Source of the DNA: Candidatus Elulimicrobiales bacterium
GTDB lineage: Bacteria > Patescibacteriota > Minisyncoccia > Phycocordibacterales > UBA5272
Direction of reading: 5' to 3'
NCBI GenBank assembly: GCA_034927475.1
Contig: JAYFPW010000002.1
Location: forward strand, 117,003 to 181,002
Length of the DNA stretch: 64,000 nucleotides
Shown here: in pieces, positions 10,045 through 19,232 of the stretch
Position numbering within the stretch: position 1 is the stretch's first letter
Layout: each line of letters starts with the position of its first letter
Position numbers and translations under genes: made by a program
Notes under the pieces: model-generated
Databases searched by the model: none
Seen by the model: the letters and a program-made list of their open reading frames with translations, nothing else
Told to the model about the DNA's origin: nothing

Positions 10045-10731
10045 ATGGCAAAAAGAAAGAAAAGAAAATTAAAAAAGAAATTTAAATTTCTACTTTGGTT
10101 AGTAATACTCTTACTGATCTTGGGAGGTGTCTTTTATTTAAATTATAAAAAGATAATCAATGTAAATACAATTTGGACAGAAACAAACATGCGTATTATT
10201 AACTTAAAAAGTTTCTTTATGAAAAAAGAAGAAAAAAAAGTAAAAACCAGATCTATTGATGAAAATGAATTTCTTAATAACGATAACTCAAAAGAAAAAG
10301 AAAATGATTTCGTTAAAATTTTTAGAACTCGTTTGCCAAGTAAGAATTTAAATTTTGCTTCTTCAAGTGAAATTTCTGCTAACGGTGACATGAAAATCTT
10401 TCTCCAAGAAACCAAAGACTCTTTAGGATATTTACACGTTAATACCAAAAATGATCCAGAATATGTTTGGATAACTTTTGTTTCTGCCATAGATGCAGAA
10501 CCTTTAAAGACAGAATTAGAAAAGAAAATAAAGCGTTTAGAATATATTGATTTAAGATTTTCAAATAAAGTTTTTTATAAATTCTTTGATTCTGAAACAA
10601 AAATCCCTGAAGAAGGCTTAAGAGACGTTTCGACTTCAACTATAATTATGGAAAACTCAACCACTTCTTCACATATTCCAATAGATATAATAGCTACCAC
10701 AACATTACCCACAACACTTCCAGTTAACTAA
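10045..10731 (+). CDS. Bitopic membrane protein, FtsQ/DivIB-like C-terminus
   Basis: Basic N-terminus, one TM, LEYIDLRFSNKVFYK motif; ATG at 10045 follows the serS stop. Confidence 0.55.
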   Translation: MAKRKKRKLKKKFKFLLWLVILLLILGGVFYLNYKKIINVNTIWTETNMRIINLKSFFMKKEEKKVKTRSIDENEFLNNDNSKEKENDFVKIFRTRLPSKNLNFASSSEISANGDMKIFLQETKDSLGYLHVNTKNDPEYVWITFVSAIDAEPLKTELEKKIKRLEYIDLRFSNKVFYKFFDSETKIPEEGLRDVSTSTIIMENSTTSSHIPIDIIATTTLPTTLPVN

Positions 10732-10733
10732 TT

Positions 10734-11819
10734 ATGTCTAAACAAAAGAACTTTTTAAAAGATTTAGAGCTAAAAATTAAAAAGAAAAAGCCAATTGTAG
10801 TTTTAGCGCCAATGGCCGATGTCACAGATCAAGTTTTTCGAGAAATAATTGTTAAATATTCACGGCCACATGGTCCAGATATTTTTTGGACAGAATTTGT
10901 CTCTGCTGATGGTTTAAATAGTCTTGGCAAGAAGAATTTATTAAAAGATTTAGTTTTTAACAAGAAAAAAGAATATCCAATATTAGCTCAGATTTTTAGT
11001 TCAAAAAAAGAAAATATTTTAAAGGCTATAAAACTAGTACACAAATTAGGTTTTAATGGAATAGATTTAAATATGGGTTGTCCAGATAGAAGTATTGAAA
11101 AACAACTTTCCGGGTCGGCCATGATGAAATACCCAGAACTTTCCAGAGAGATTGTGAAAGCTTCCAGAAAATTAGTTGACGAAATAAATAAAAAAAATGA
11201 TCAAAAAGAATACTTTAGTTTTTCAGTTAAAACTAGACTAGGCTATAACAAAATAGAATATGAAAAATGGTTTCCAAATATTTTAGATTCAGAGCCTGAT
11301 ATTTTTTCTGTGCATTTGCGAATCAGAAAAGAATTAAGTTTAGTGGAAGCACATTGGGAAATCGCTAAAGAAGTAGTTAATTTTATTAAAAAATATTGTA
11401 AAGAAAATAAATTAAAAACTCCTTTAATTTTCTTAAATGGAGATGTGAAAAATATTAAAGAAGCAAAAGAGAAAATAAAATTATCGAATTGTGATGGAAT
11501 AATGATTGGTAGGGGAGTCTTTGGTACCCCATGGCTATTTAATGAAAAAGAATATTTAAAAAGATTAGATCAAAATATTGAAACTAAAAAGGGGAGAGAA
11601 AATATTTTGTTCAGATTAAAAGTGCTACAAGAGCATACAAAACTTTTTGAAAAGAAGCTCACCAAAATAAAAAGTTTTAATATAATGAAAAAACATTATA
11701 AAGCATATGTGAACGGCTTTGATGGAGCGAAAGATCTAAGAAATGACCTTATGGTTGCAAAAGATTATAAAGAAGTAAAAAATATAGCAGACGCATTTAT
11801 CAAAAATAAATTAAAATAA
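10734..11819 (+). CDS. dus: tRNA-dihydrouridine synthase
   Basis: LAPMADVTD, TEFVS, IDLNMGCP, SVKTRLG, NGDV, DGIMIGRG. Confidence 0.92.
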   Translation: MSKQKNFLKDLELKIKKKKPIVVLAPMADVTDQVFREIIVKYSRPHGPDIFWTEFVSADGLNSLGKKNLLKDLVFNKKKEYPILAQIFSSKKENILKAIKLVHKLGFNGIDLNMGCPDRSIEKQLSGSAMMKYPELSREIVKASRKLVDEINKKNDQKEYFSFSVKTRLGYNKIEYEKWFPNILDSEPDIFSVHLRIRKELSLVEAHWEIAKEVVNFIKKYCKENKLKTPLIFLNGDVKNIKEAKEKIKLSNCDGIMIGRGVFGTPWLFNEKEYLKRLDQNIETKKGRENILFRLKVLQEHTKLFEKKLTKIKSFNIMKKHYKAYVNGFDGAKDLRNDLMVAKDYKEVKNIADAFIKNKLK

Positions 11820-11821
11820 AA

Positions 11822-11846
11822 AAAGAGACCTTTAAACGATCTCTTT
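11822..11846. terminator. Terminator overlapping stop of 11832 ORF
   Basis: AAAGAGACC-TTTAAAC-GATCTCTTT. Confidence 0.6.
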
Positions 11847-12041
11847 AGATTCATCTTTTTCTTTCAACTCTTTCAATTCTTTATTTTGTTTTTTTAGTTT
11901 CTCATTCTCGTTTAATAGAGCAAGAGCTACTAATAAATACCCGACGGATAGAAATGGCATAAGTAGAATATTTGAATCTTGGGGTACAAAAAAGGCAATT
12001 AAAATAGTTATTATCAATAAAACCAAACCTGTAATTTTCAT
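11832..12041 (-). CDS. 69-aa two-TM + coiled-coil orphan (paralog of 12140 ORF)
   Basis: MKITGLVLLII..ENEKLKKQNKELKE..ESKEIV; promoter TTGACA-17-TATATT at 12088-12116. Confidence 0.65.
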   Translation of the reverse strand: MKITGLVLLIITILIAFFVPQDSNILLMPFLSVGYLLVALALLNENEKLKKQNKELKELKEKDESKEIV

Positions 12042-12130
12042 TTTGTATATTTTTAATTGTTTATATTTTCTCAAATCAACTATATATAATATAGCATATC
12101 ATAATTAATTTGTCAAGTTATAAAACAAAA

Positions 12131-12153
12131 AAGAGACCTTTAAATGGTCTCTT
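12131..12153 (-). terminator. Terminator overlapping stop of 12140 ORF
   Basis: AAGAGACC-TTTAAAT-GGTCTCTT; near copy of the 11822 hairpin. Confidence 0.7.
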
Positions 12154-12358
12154 CAGATTCATATTTTTCTCTCAACTCTTTAATTTCTCTTTTCAGAGTT
12201 TTATTTTCAACCACCGTATCAAGGTGTAAGAATAAAACTCCAACGATCAAAAGTATTGAAAACACAAACTTGGGAATTTCTGGAAAGAAAAGCATGAGAG
12301 AAAGGTTTAATATTAGCAAACTTGTTCCGGTAATTGGATAAATAATAAGATTTTCCAT
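12140..12358 (-). CDS. 72-aa two-TM + coiled-coil orphan (paralog of 11832 ORF)
   Basis: MENLIIYPITG..ENKTLKREIKELREKYESEETI; promoter TTGACA-17-TATATT at 12401-12429. Confidence 0.65.
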   Translation of the reverse strand: MENLIIYPITGTSLLILNLSLMLFFPEIPKFVFSILLIVGVLFLHLDTVVENKTLKREIKELREKYESEETI

Positions 12359-12467
12359 TTTTTTTATTTTTAAAAGGTGCATAATCTATTAACTATACTT
12401 AATATATCATATTAAAATATATATGTCAAGTTTTGGAAAGGGGAAGAAAATATAGTAAAATTTAGCT

Positions 12468-13553
12468 ATGAAAGATGAAAAAACTACCCAAAAGGACGAA
12501 GATGTCCGTCATTTAGCTTTATATAGAAAATATCGTCCTCAGGAATTTAAAGAGGTTCTAGGTCAAGATTTAGCCATTCAGGTACTTGAAACAGCTATTG
12601 AACAAGATAAAATCTATCACGCTTATATCTTTGCTGGAGATCGTGGAACTGGAAAAACTACTGTGGCTAGAATATTTGCTAAAAATATAGGTTGCTCACA
12701 AGACGATATTTTTGAATTAGACGCAGCTAGTAATAATAAAGTAGAAGATATTCGACTTATTATCGACGCTACCCAAGCTTCAACTTTTGGCTCTAGATAT
12801 AAAGTATATATTTTAGACGAGGCTCATATGCTCTCTAAATCTGCTTTTAACGCGCTTTTAAAAACTTTAGAAGAGCCTCCAAGTCATGTAATTTTTATTT
12901 TAGCAACTACGGATAAATATAAAATCCCGGATACAATTATTTCTAGATGTCAGGAAATAGATTTTGTGTCACCAAGTATTAAGAATTTAGAAAAATTAAT
13001 CACTTCAGTGACAAAGAAAGAAGAAATAGAAATTGATTCTGAAGCCAAGAAAAAGATAGCTGAGGAAGGTCGTGGATCATTTAGAGACACCTTAAGTGTT
13101 CTAGAAAAGATTTTGAACACTTTAAACAAGAAAGAAATTTCTATCGAAGATGTCAAAGAATTGTTTGGTACTGTGGAAGATGATGAGATCTTTAATATTT
13201 TAGAAGCTGTTGCTGAAAAGAATGTTTATAAACTTTTAACTTCTTTAAATAATTTAAAACTAGAAACTAGTCAGATAGTTGATAGAGTTTATGTTGAAAT
13301 TGTCAAAATGTTTGAACTCTCATTATTTATGAGATATTTGTCTGTAGATGAAGCAAAGGAAATTTTTATGGGTCAAGCAGGGGAAAAGCTTCTTAAGAAA
13401 ACCAAAGCTTTAGCTGAGAAACATCCTAAAGTGATTTCTTCTAATAATTTATATAGTTTACTAGAAATAGAAAAAGAATTAAATCAGAATTCAAATCTAA
13501 AGAAGAGTATTTTAAAGACAGGATTAATAAGAATATTAGAGAATGTTGTATAG
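12468..13553 (+). CDS. dnaX: DNA polymerase III gamma/tau subunit
   Basis: LYRKYRPQ.F, GDRGTGKTT, ELDAASN, ILDEAHML, LLKTLEEPP, TIISRCQ. Confidence 0.95.
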   Translation: MKDEKTTQKDEDVRHLALYRKYRPQEFKEVLGQDLAIQVLETAIEQDKIYHAYIFAGDRGTGKTTVARIFAKNIGCSQDDIFELDAASNNKVEDIRLIIDATQASTFGSRYKVYILDEAHMLSKSAFNALLKTLEEPPSHVIFILATTDKYKIPDTIISRCQEIDFVSPSIKNLEKLITSVTKKEEIEIDSEAKKKIAEEGRGSFRDTLSVLEKILNTLNKKEISIEDVKELFGTVEDDEIFNILEAVAEKNVYKLLTSLNNLKLETSQIVDRVYVEIVKMFELSLFMRYLSVDEAKEIFMGQAGEKLLKKTKALAEKHPKVISSNNLYSLLEIEKELNQNSNLKKSILKTGLIRILENVV

Positions 13554-13733
13554 ATGAGATAAGCATTAAGATGATAGTTAGACTGACTTTAAGTTATTTA
13601 TAATAAGCACTATATTTAAAGCTTTATTATTATATATAGTGTCGTAAAAGAACGATTGTGCGACACTGTATATATTTAACCCTCTTTAAACATTTAACTA
13701 TACTTTTAATTACTTTACATATTATAAAATTAC

Positions 13734-13858
13734 AAAACAAAACATACGGTTGAGCACCGTATGTTTTGCTAGTCACCCAGACTATTATTATATTGTGTGA
13801 TTCAAAATATTGAATCGACAGGAGAGACAGAAATGTGGGATTTTTCTATCTCCCCTGT
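13734..13858 (-). ncRNA. Candidate ~125-nt structured small RNA
   Basis: TGCTATAAT at 13864-13872, then a 16-bp stem, two small hairpins and a terminator; G-U pairs form only on the minus strand. Confidence 0.6.
13738..13768. terminator. Bidirectional intrinsic terminator
   Basis: CAAAACATACGGT-TGAGC-ACCGTATGTTTTG perfect stem. Confidence 0.8.
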
Positions 13859-13918
13859 TTAAAATTATAGCAAGAGATAAAATAGCTCCAATATTTACAA
13901 AATATATATTTTATTGTT

Positions 13919-14158
13919 TTATTTTTTCTTAAAAACTTCAAGTTCTATACCTGTGGCAAATTTTATTACAGTCACTAAACCTTTCCAAAAAGATTCAAAG
14001 ATATTTGGAAGATTAGCTTTTTTAAAAATATAAAAGAAATCGAATTTGCCATCTTTATGTTCTCCATTAGCTAATGTTTTATAAATAGCAAGATAGCCTA
14101 AAGCAAAAGCTATAAGACAATAAAGTATAAATCTGAATAAATAAATTTCTATTTCCAT
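13919..14158 (-). CDS. 79-aa membrane-anchored orphan
   Basis: N-terminal TM; start overlaps the end of the upstream 39-aa ORF. Confidence 0.55.
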   Translation of the reverse strand: MEIEIYLFRFILYCLIAFALGYLAIYKTLANGEHKDGKFDFFYIFKKANLPNIFESFWKGLVTVIKFATGIELEVFKKK

Positions 14159-14268
14159 GCGATGAATATATTCTTTTTAACGGTTAAGAAAAATCCTAAA
14201 ATTACCCCGGCACAAAACAGAAGAAAAAATAGTAATAATAAGTCATTTAAAGCTATTCTTATTAACAT
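14149..14268 (-). CDS. 39-aa hydrophobic peptide, leaderless (not in ORF track)
   Basis: MLIRIALNDLLLLFFLLFCAGVILGFFLTVKKNIFIAWK*; ATG 6 nt after the -10 of TTGCAA-17-TAGTAT (14275-14303). Confidence 0.5.
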   Translation of the reverse strand: MLIRIALNDLLLLFFLLFCAGVILGFFLTVKKNIFIAWK

Positions 14269-14304
14269 GTTTTTATACTACAATATTCAAAAAAATATTG
14301 CAAT

Positions 14305-15678
14305 TTAGAGATTTCTAAGAGATTCTATAGCATTTTCTACTCTTAATAAAGCTTCTTTTGTATCAAGTATATAAAGTAGAGACTTTGGATCTGGAGATTT
14401 ATCTTTTCCAGACAAAGCGTAACGTAGTGGCCAAAGAATATCTCCTTTACCTTTTTCTTCAGCTAATTTATAAATTTCTTCCCAAAGATTATCTAAATTG
14501 CTCTCATTGTTTTCTTTTCTTAATATATTTTCTATCAATTCTAAATTTAGAATGGTATTTTCTTTATTAGACTTTTTCCAAATTATTTCATTAGGATTAG
14601 AATATGTTGGAGTGTTTAAATAATAGTCTAGCTCTCCAACCTCATCCATATCTTTTAATTCAGCATAATAACTTATTCTATCAACAAGAACAGGTCTCAA
14701 TTTTTGAAGCATTTCATCTGAATATTTTTCAATATTAGGTAAAAATTCTTTTATATATTCTAATTGCTCACTTTCAGATTGAAGTTTTATATATTCTTTG
14801 TTAAACCAATTTAATTTTTCAATATTAAAAACAGCGCCTCCTTTTTGAACTTTTTCTATATTAAACTCTTTAATAATTTCCCCTAAAGAATAAATCTCTC
14901 TTTCTCCTCCAGGATTCCAACCAAGAAAAGCTAAAAAGTTTATAAAAGCATCTTTTAAATAACCTCTATTTTTATAATATTCTACCGAGACAATTTCCCC
15001 ATGAATTCTTTTAGATAATTTTTCTCTAGTTTCTGAAAGAATAAGTGGAATATGAGCATAAGTAGCCCTTTCTCTTTCTCCAACAGCTTCCCATATCAAA
15101 ATTTGTCTCGGAGTATTAGCTAAATGTTCTTCTCCGCGAATAATATGAGTTACGCCCATCAAAATATCATCTACTACATTTGAGAGATGAAAAACTGGCT
15201 CATCTAAACTTTTCGCTATAACAAAATCTCCTAAATCTGTCGTATCAACAGAAACTTCACCACGTATTAAATCAGTAAAAGATATAACTTTATTTGGATT
15301 TTTAAAACGAATCACTTCTCCTCTTAAAGTTTTACCTTCTTTTTTTGCTTCCAACAAATCTTCTTCTTTAGTTTTAGAAATATAAGCATGACCTTCGGAA
15401 ATTAATTTTTCTAAATATTTTCTATGAATAGGAAAATTATCTGACTGCTTTTTATTTTCATCAAATTTTAAATCAAGCCACTCAAAAGCTCTATAAATCC
15501 CTTCTGTAAATTCTTCTTTATTTCTCTCTAAATCAGTATCTTCTATTCTTAAAATGATTTTACCCTCTTTTTGTTTGGTAAAAATATAGTTAAAAAGAGC
15601 CGATCTGGCGCCTCCAATATGAAGAAATCCTGTGGGGCTTGGTGCAAAACGAGTAATAATTTTATTATTTTCTGACAT
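14305..15678 (-). CDS. gltX: Glutamyl-tRNA synthetase
   Basis: TRFAPSPTGFLHIGG, LRIEDTD, THIIRGEEH, KLSKR. Confidence 0.96.
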   Translation of the reverse strand: MSENNKIITRFAPSPTGFLHIGGARSALFNYIFTKQKEGKIILRIEDTDLERNKEEFTEGIYRAFEWLDLKFDENKKQSDNFPIHRKYLEKLISEGHAYISKTKEEDLLEAKKEGKTLRGEVIRFKNPNKVISFTDLIRGEVSVDTTDLGDFVIAKSLDEPVFHLSNVVDDILMGVTHIIRGEEHLANTPRQILIWEAVGERERATYAHIPLILSETREKLSKRIHGEIVSVEYYKNRGYLKDAFINFLAFLGWNPGGEREIYSLGEIIKEFNIEKVQKGGAVFNIEKLNWFNKEYIKLQSESEQLEYIKEFLPNIEKYSDEMLQKLRPVLVDRISYYAELKDMDEVGELDYYLNTPTYSNPNEIIWKKSNKENTILNLELIENILRKENNESNLDNLWEEIYKLAEEKGKGDILWPLRYALSGKDKSPDPKSLLYILDTKEALLRVENAIESLRNL

Positions 15679-15742
15679 AAAAAGCTTTAATTACAAGGAA
15701 AATATAGCATAAAATCCCCTGTTTTTAGTATTGACAAATATT

Positions 15743-16879
15743 TTAATAATTGTGTGATATACCTATTTTTACAATTTCCTTAGCTATATATTCTGCTGCC
15801 CCAAATTTAAAGTTTTCAATATTATTGTATTGTAGGGTAGTATATTTTTCTTTATTATCTAAAATATTTTCTACAGTGTTTACCAAGATATTTCTTTTTA
15901 AATTAATTTCTTCAATTACAACTGAACATCCGGCTTTTTCAAAAATATAAGCATTAATCATTTGATGATTATTATTACTATTAGTAATAGGAATAATAAG
16001 TGATGGTATACCCCAAGCAGAAAGTTCAAATAAAGTAGAACCGGCTCTAGTTATGCACAAATCAGCTGATTCATAATATTTAGAAAGTTCCCCAAAAGGA
16101 AAGAAGTGATAATTTTCTCTATTCGGATTATTTTTTAATAATACCTCGCTAGCAATTTCTACAGCTTTTAAATTATTATCCCCTACTTGATGAATAATAT
16201 TATATTTTTCTAATAATTCTGGAAGAGCTTCCAGGACTGTATTATTTATAATCTCACTTCCTTGCGAACCACCAATAACTAAAATATTTTTTCTTTGATT
16301 TTCACTATGAATAATATTATTTTTTGTATCAAGTAATTTTTTCTCTATTTGAATTTTTGTTGGCAAATACTCTTGCATAATAGGTTGTCCAGTAAAAGCT
16401 GTTTTTTTAACATTAAAGTATTTAACAGCGTTCGCATAACTTACAGCTACTCTTTTAGCTAATTTTGCAGCTAATAAATTACTTCTGCCTGGCGCTGAAT
16501 CACTTTCATGAACAATAATTGGTATAAATAAGAGTTTTGCAGCAAAAACTACCGGCATACTCGCATAACCACCTTTAGCAAAAACTACATCCGGATAAAT
16601 TTTAAAGAGCTGAAACAAGGCAACAAAAAAACCAAAGAATGATTTGAATGGATCAAAAAAGTTTTTAAAAGAAAAATATAGTCTTAATTTACCTGCTGGA
16701 ATTTTTACAAATTTAATTTTCTTATCTTCTAATAATTTTTTATTATATTCTTTGTCAGATAGAAAATAAATATCTGCGTCGATAATCTTCTGATTCTCGG
16801 CCTCTTTTTTTATTCTTTCCGCTACAGCTATTAGAGGGTAAAAATGTCCACCCCCTGCCCCCGTTAAGACTACTCTCAT
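15743..16879 (-). CDS. murG: Lipid II glycosyltransferase MurG
   Basis: TGAGGGHFYP, KGGYAS, HESD..PG, GGSQGS, TRAG, HQ..NA. Confidence 0.93.
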   Translation of the reverse strand: MRVVLTGAGGGHFYPLIAVAERIKKEAENQKIIDADIYFLSDKEYNKKLLEDKKIKFVKIPAGKLRLYFSFKNFFDPFKSFFGFFVALFQLFKIYPDVVFAKGGYASMPVVFAAKLLFIPIIVHESDSAPGRSNLLAAKLAKRVAVSYANAVKYFNVKKTAFTGQPIMQEYLPTKIQIEKKLLDTKNNIIHSENQRKNILVIGGSQGSEIINNTVLEALPELLEKYNIIHQVGDNNLKAVEIASEVLLKNNPNRENYHFFPFGELSKYYESADLCITRAGSTLFELSAWGIPSLIIPITNSNNNHQMINAYIFEKAGCSVVIEEINLKRNILVNTVENILDNKEKYTTLQYNNIENFKFGAAEYIAKEIVKIGISHNY

Positions 16880-16928
16880 AATTTTTATTTATATAATCTA
16901 TTCTATCACAATTCTTTTTTTAGAGAAA

Positions 16929-18053
16929 TTAAATACTGACTTTTTGGCGTGAGATATTCAACAAAACCCCAAGCTCAAACATTAAGAAAATAAGTGAAGT
17001 TCCACCTTTGGAAACTAGAGGTAGTGGAACACCAGTTAAAGGTGCAAGACCTATTGCAGAACCTAAATTTAAAGACATTTGAAAGAAAAAAGTAGATATT
17101 ATTCCAATAATAAGCAATTTACCAAAGCTGTCATTAACTCTTCTAGCAATAAATATCCCTCTCATGATTATAATAAAGAATAGGGCCAAGAAAAGAACTG
17201 AACCAACGAATCCTAACTCTTCAGCATAAACAGCGAAAATTGAGTCGGAAATTTGTTCTGGTAAATAATTAAATTTTTGTATAGATTGCCCAACACCTCT
17301 ACCAAACATTCCACCTGAACCAATAGCTATTAAAGACTGATTTAGATGGTAGCCCGCACCTAAAGATTCTCTATTTGGCTCAATAAAAGTTAAAACTCTT
17401 TCTTTCATGTATGGTCGAGCTTGAATAAGTAATAAAAACAACAGTATTCCAGAAATAATTAGAATAAATACGTCTCCCATTTTTGCTCCTCCTACAAAAT
17501 AAACAATAAAAGCCGGAACAAGAACAACTAAAAAAGTTCCAAAATCTGGTTGTAATAATAAAACTGTGCCAATTAAAATTACAAAAATTAAAAAAGGAAG
17601 AAATCCAATTTTTATATTTTTAAACTGTTTTGAATATTTACTACAATAAGCGGCTATTAAAACTACACTAGCAAATTTTAATATTTCGCTTGGTTGAAAA
17701 GAAAGGCCAAAAATATCTATCCAGCGATGAGCTCCATTATAATAAAAACCTAGACCTGGTATAAAAACTGTAAGAGTAAAAAGTAAAGCCAATACAAATA
17801 AAATAATAGAATATTTTTTATAGTATTTATAATCTATTTTTGTACCAATAAATAATGCCAAAAAACCAAAAATAAAAACATAAAAAACTTGTGTTTTAAT
17901 TACAGAAAAGAATTTTAATTCATTATTTGGTAATATTCCTAAAGCTGCTGAAAGGAAAGTTAAAATACCAACTATTACTAAAATAATAATCAAAATTAAA
18001 AACACTTTATCAATCCTTAATTTACTTTTTAAATTTCCAAAAACTTTTGCCAT
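16929..18053 (-). CDS. ftsW: SEDS peptidoglycan polymerase FtsW
   Basis: GAHRWI, FQPSEILK, LLQPDFG, GSGG..GRG, LPE..SDSIF, PLTGVPLP; lies between mraY and murG. Confidence 0.92.
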   Translation of the reverse strand: MAKVFGNLKSKLRIDKVFLILIIILVIVGILTFLSAALGILPNNELKFFSVIKTQVFYVFIFGFLALFIGTKIDYKYYKKYSIILFVLALLFTLTVFIPGLGFYYNGAHRWIDIFGLSFQPSEILKFASVVLIAAYCSKYSKQFKNIKIGFLPFLIFVILIGTVLLLQPDFGTFLVVLVPAFIVYFVGGAKMGDVFILIISGILLFLLLIQARPYMKERVLTFIEPNRESLGAGYHLNQSLIAIGSGGMFGRGVGQSIQKFNYLPEQISDSIFAVYAEELGFVGSVLFLALFFIIIMRGIFIARRVNDSFGKLLIIGIISTFFFQMSLNLGSAIGLAPLTGVPLPLVSKGGTSLIFLMFELGVLLNISRQKVSI

Positions 18054-18056
18054 AAA

Positions 18057-19160
18057 TTAAGAAATAATATATAAAGCGACTCCGAGTAAAGCGAAAATCA
18101 TACCAAATATCCAATATCTCATCACTACTTTTTCCTTACTCCAACCTAAGTACACAAAAGTGTTATGTATAGGTGTTACTGGAAAAACTTTCTTTTTTCT
18201 AAATTTTTTTGATAGAAGTTGGATAATAGTTGTTATCTCTGTCAAGACAAAAGGCATAGCGATAATTGGTAGCAAAAATACAGCGTCTGTCATGACAGCA
18301 ATTAATCCTAAAAGGATTGCTAGAGGCATATATCCAACTTCTGAGAGATAAAATCTAGCTGGAGGTATATTGAACCATAGGAAAGCTAAAATTCCACCCA
18401 CAACCACAAAGGAAAGGGTTGCTATATCTATTTGATTATTAATTAGAGCAATAATGCCATATGCAGAATAAAGGATAGCAAAAAGACCTCCAGATAATCC
18501 ATCTAACCCATCAATATTTGAGGCCCCATACATACCCAAAAATAAAAGAATGAACAATAAAATTATATATTTACCAAAATATACTTCTCCTAAAAATGGA
18601 ATGGAAAGTGTGGCGAAGTCTAATTTGAAAAAAAACCAGAGTCCAGCTAAAATAGCAAAGATAATTACAAATACTAGGCGCATTTTTAAGGGCATACCAG
18701 GCTCACCTTTTTTATTTTTTAGTTTAAACATTCCAACCGAAGCCAAGTCATCTAACAATCCAACTAGAGCTGCTAAAATAAAAATTATTATTGGTAACCA
18801 AGTTTGATTTCTAGAAATAAAATTTAATTTTTCAAAAATATTAAATTGAAAAAAATTTGGTAAAACTGAATAGAGAATCACACAAAATAATGTTGCAAAA
18901 ATTATAATTAGTCCGCCAAGTCTAGGAGTTTCTCTTTTGCCGTCATTTAAGATAGAAGCTGTGATCGTAGCTTGATTTCCATCAATTGTCGTAGCAACAT
19001 TTTTCTTTTTCCAAAGTTTTTTCCTATAAAGAAAATCTGATAAAATTGGCGTAATAAAAATACCGAAGAAAAAGGCCGTAATACTAGGCCAAAGTATTTT
19101 AAAAATAGAAAGAGATGAAAGGGCAAGTTCTAAATTTTGCCCACTAATTGGTCCTGGCAT
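18057..19160 (-). CDS. mraY: Phospho-N-acetylmuramoyl-pentapeptide transferase
   Basis: TPRLGG, GLLDD, IDGLDGL, FLWFNIPPA, PIHN; start at MPGP inferred. Confidence 0.88.
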   Translation of the reverse strand: MPGPISGQNLELALSSLSIFKILWPSITAFFFGIFITPILSDFLYRKKLWKKKNVATTIDGNQATITASILNDGKRETPRLGGLIIIFATLFCVILYSVLPNFFQFNIFEKLNFISRNQTWLPIIIFILAALVGLLDDLASVGMFKLKNKKGEPGMPLKMRLVFVIIFAILAGLWFFFKLDFATLSIPFLGEVYFGKYIILLFILLFLGMYGASNIDGLDGLSGGLFAILYSAYGIIALINNQIDIATLSFVVVGGILAFLWFNIPPARFYLSEVGYMPLAILLGLIAVMTDAVFLLPIIAMPFVLTEITTIIQLLSKKFRKKKVFPVTPIHNTFVYLGWSKEKVVMRYWIFGMIFALLGVALYIIS

Positions 19161-19232
19161 ATGTTTTTTATTTAAATAATGTAAAAACATTATACCACCA
19201 TTCCAGGCCTATAAAATCTTGACAAATTATAA

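Noticed and set aside
13586-13614. Possible dif site or replication origin after dnaX
   Set aside because: No XerD arm (TTATGTTAAAT) and no DnaA-box cluster; the only TTATCCACA I noticed is inside ftsX
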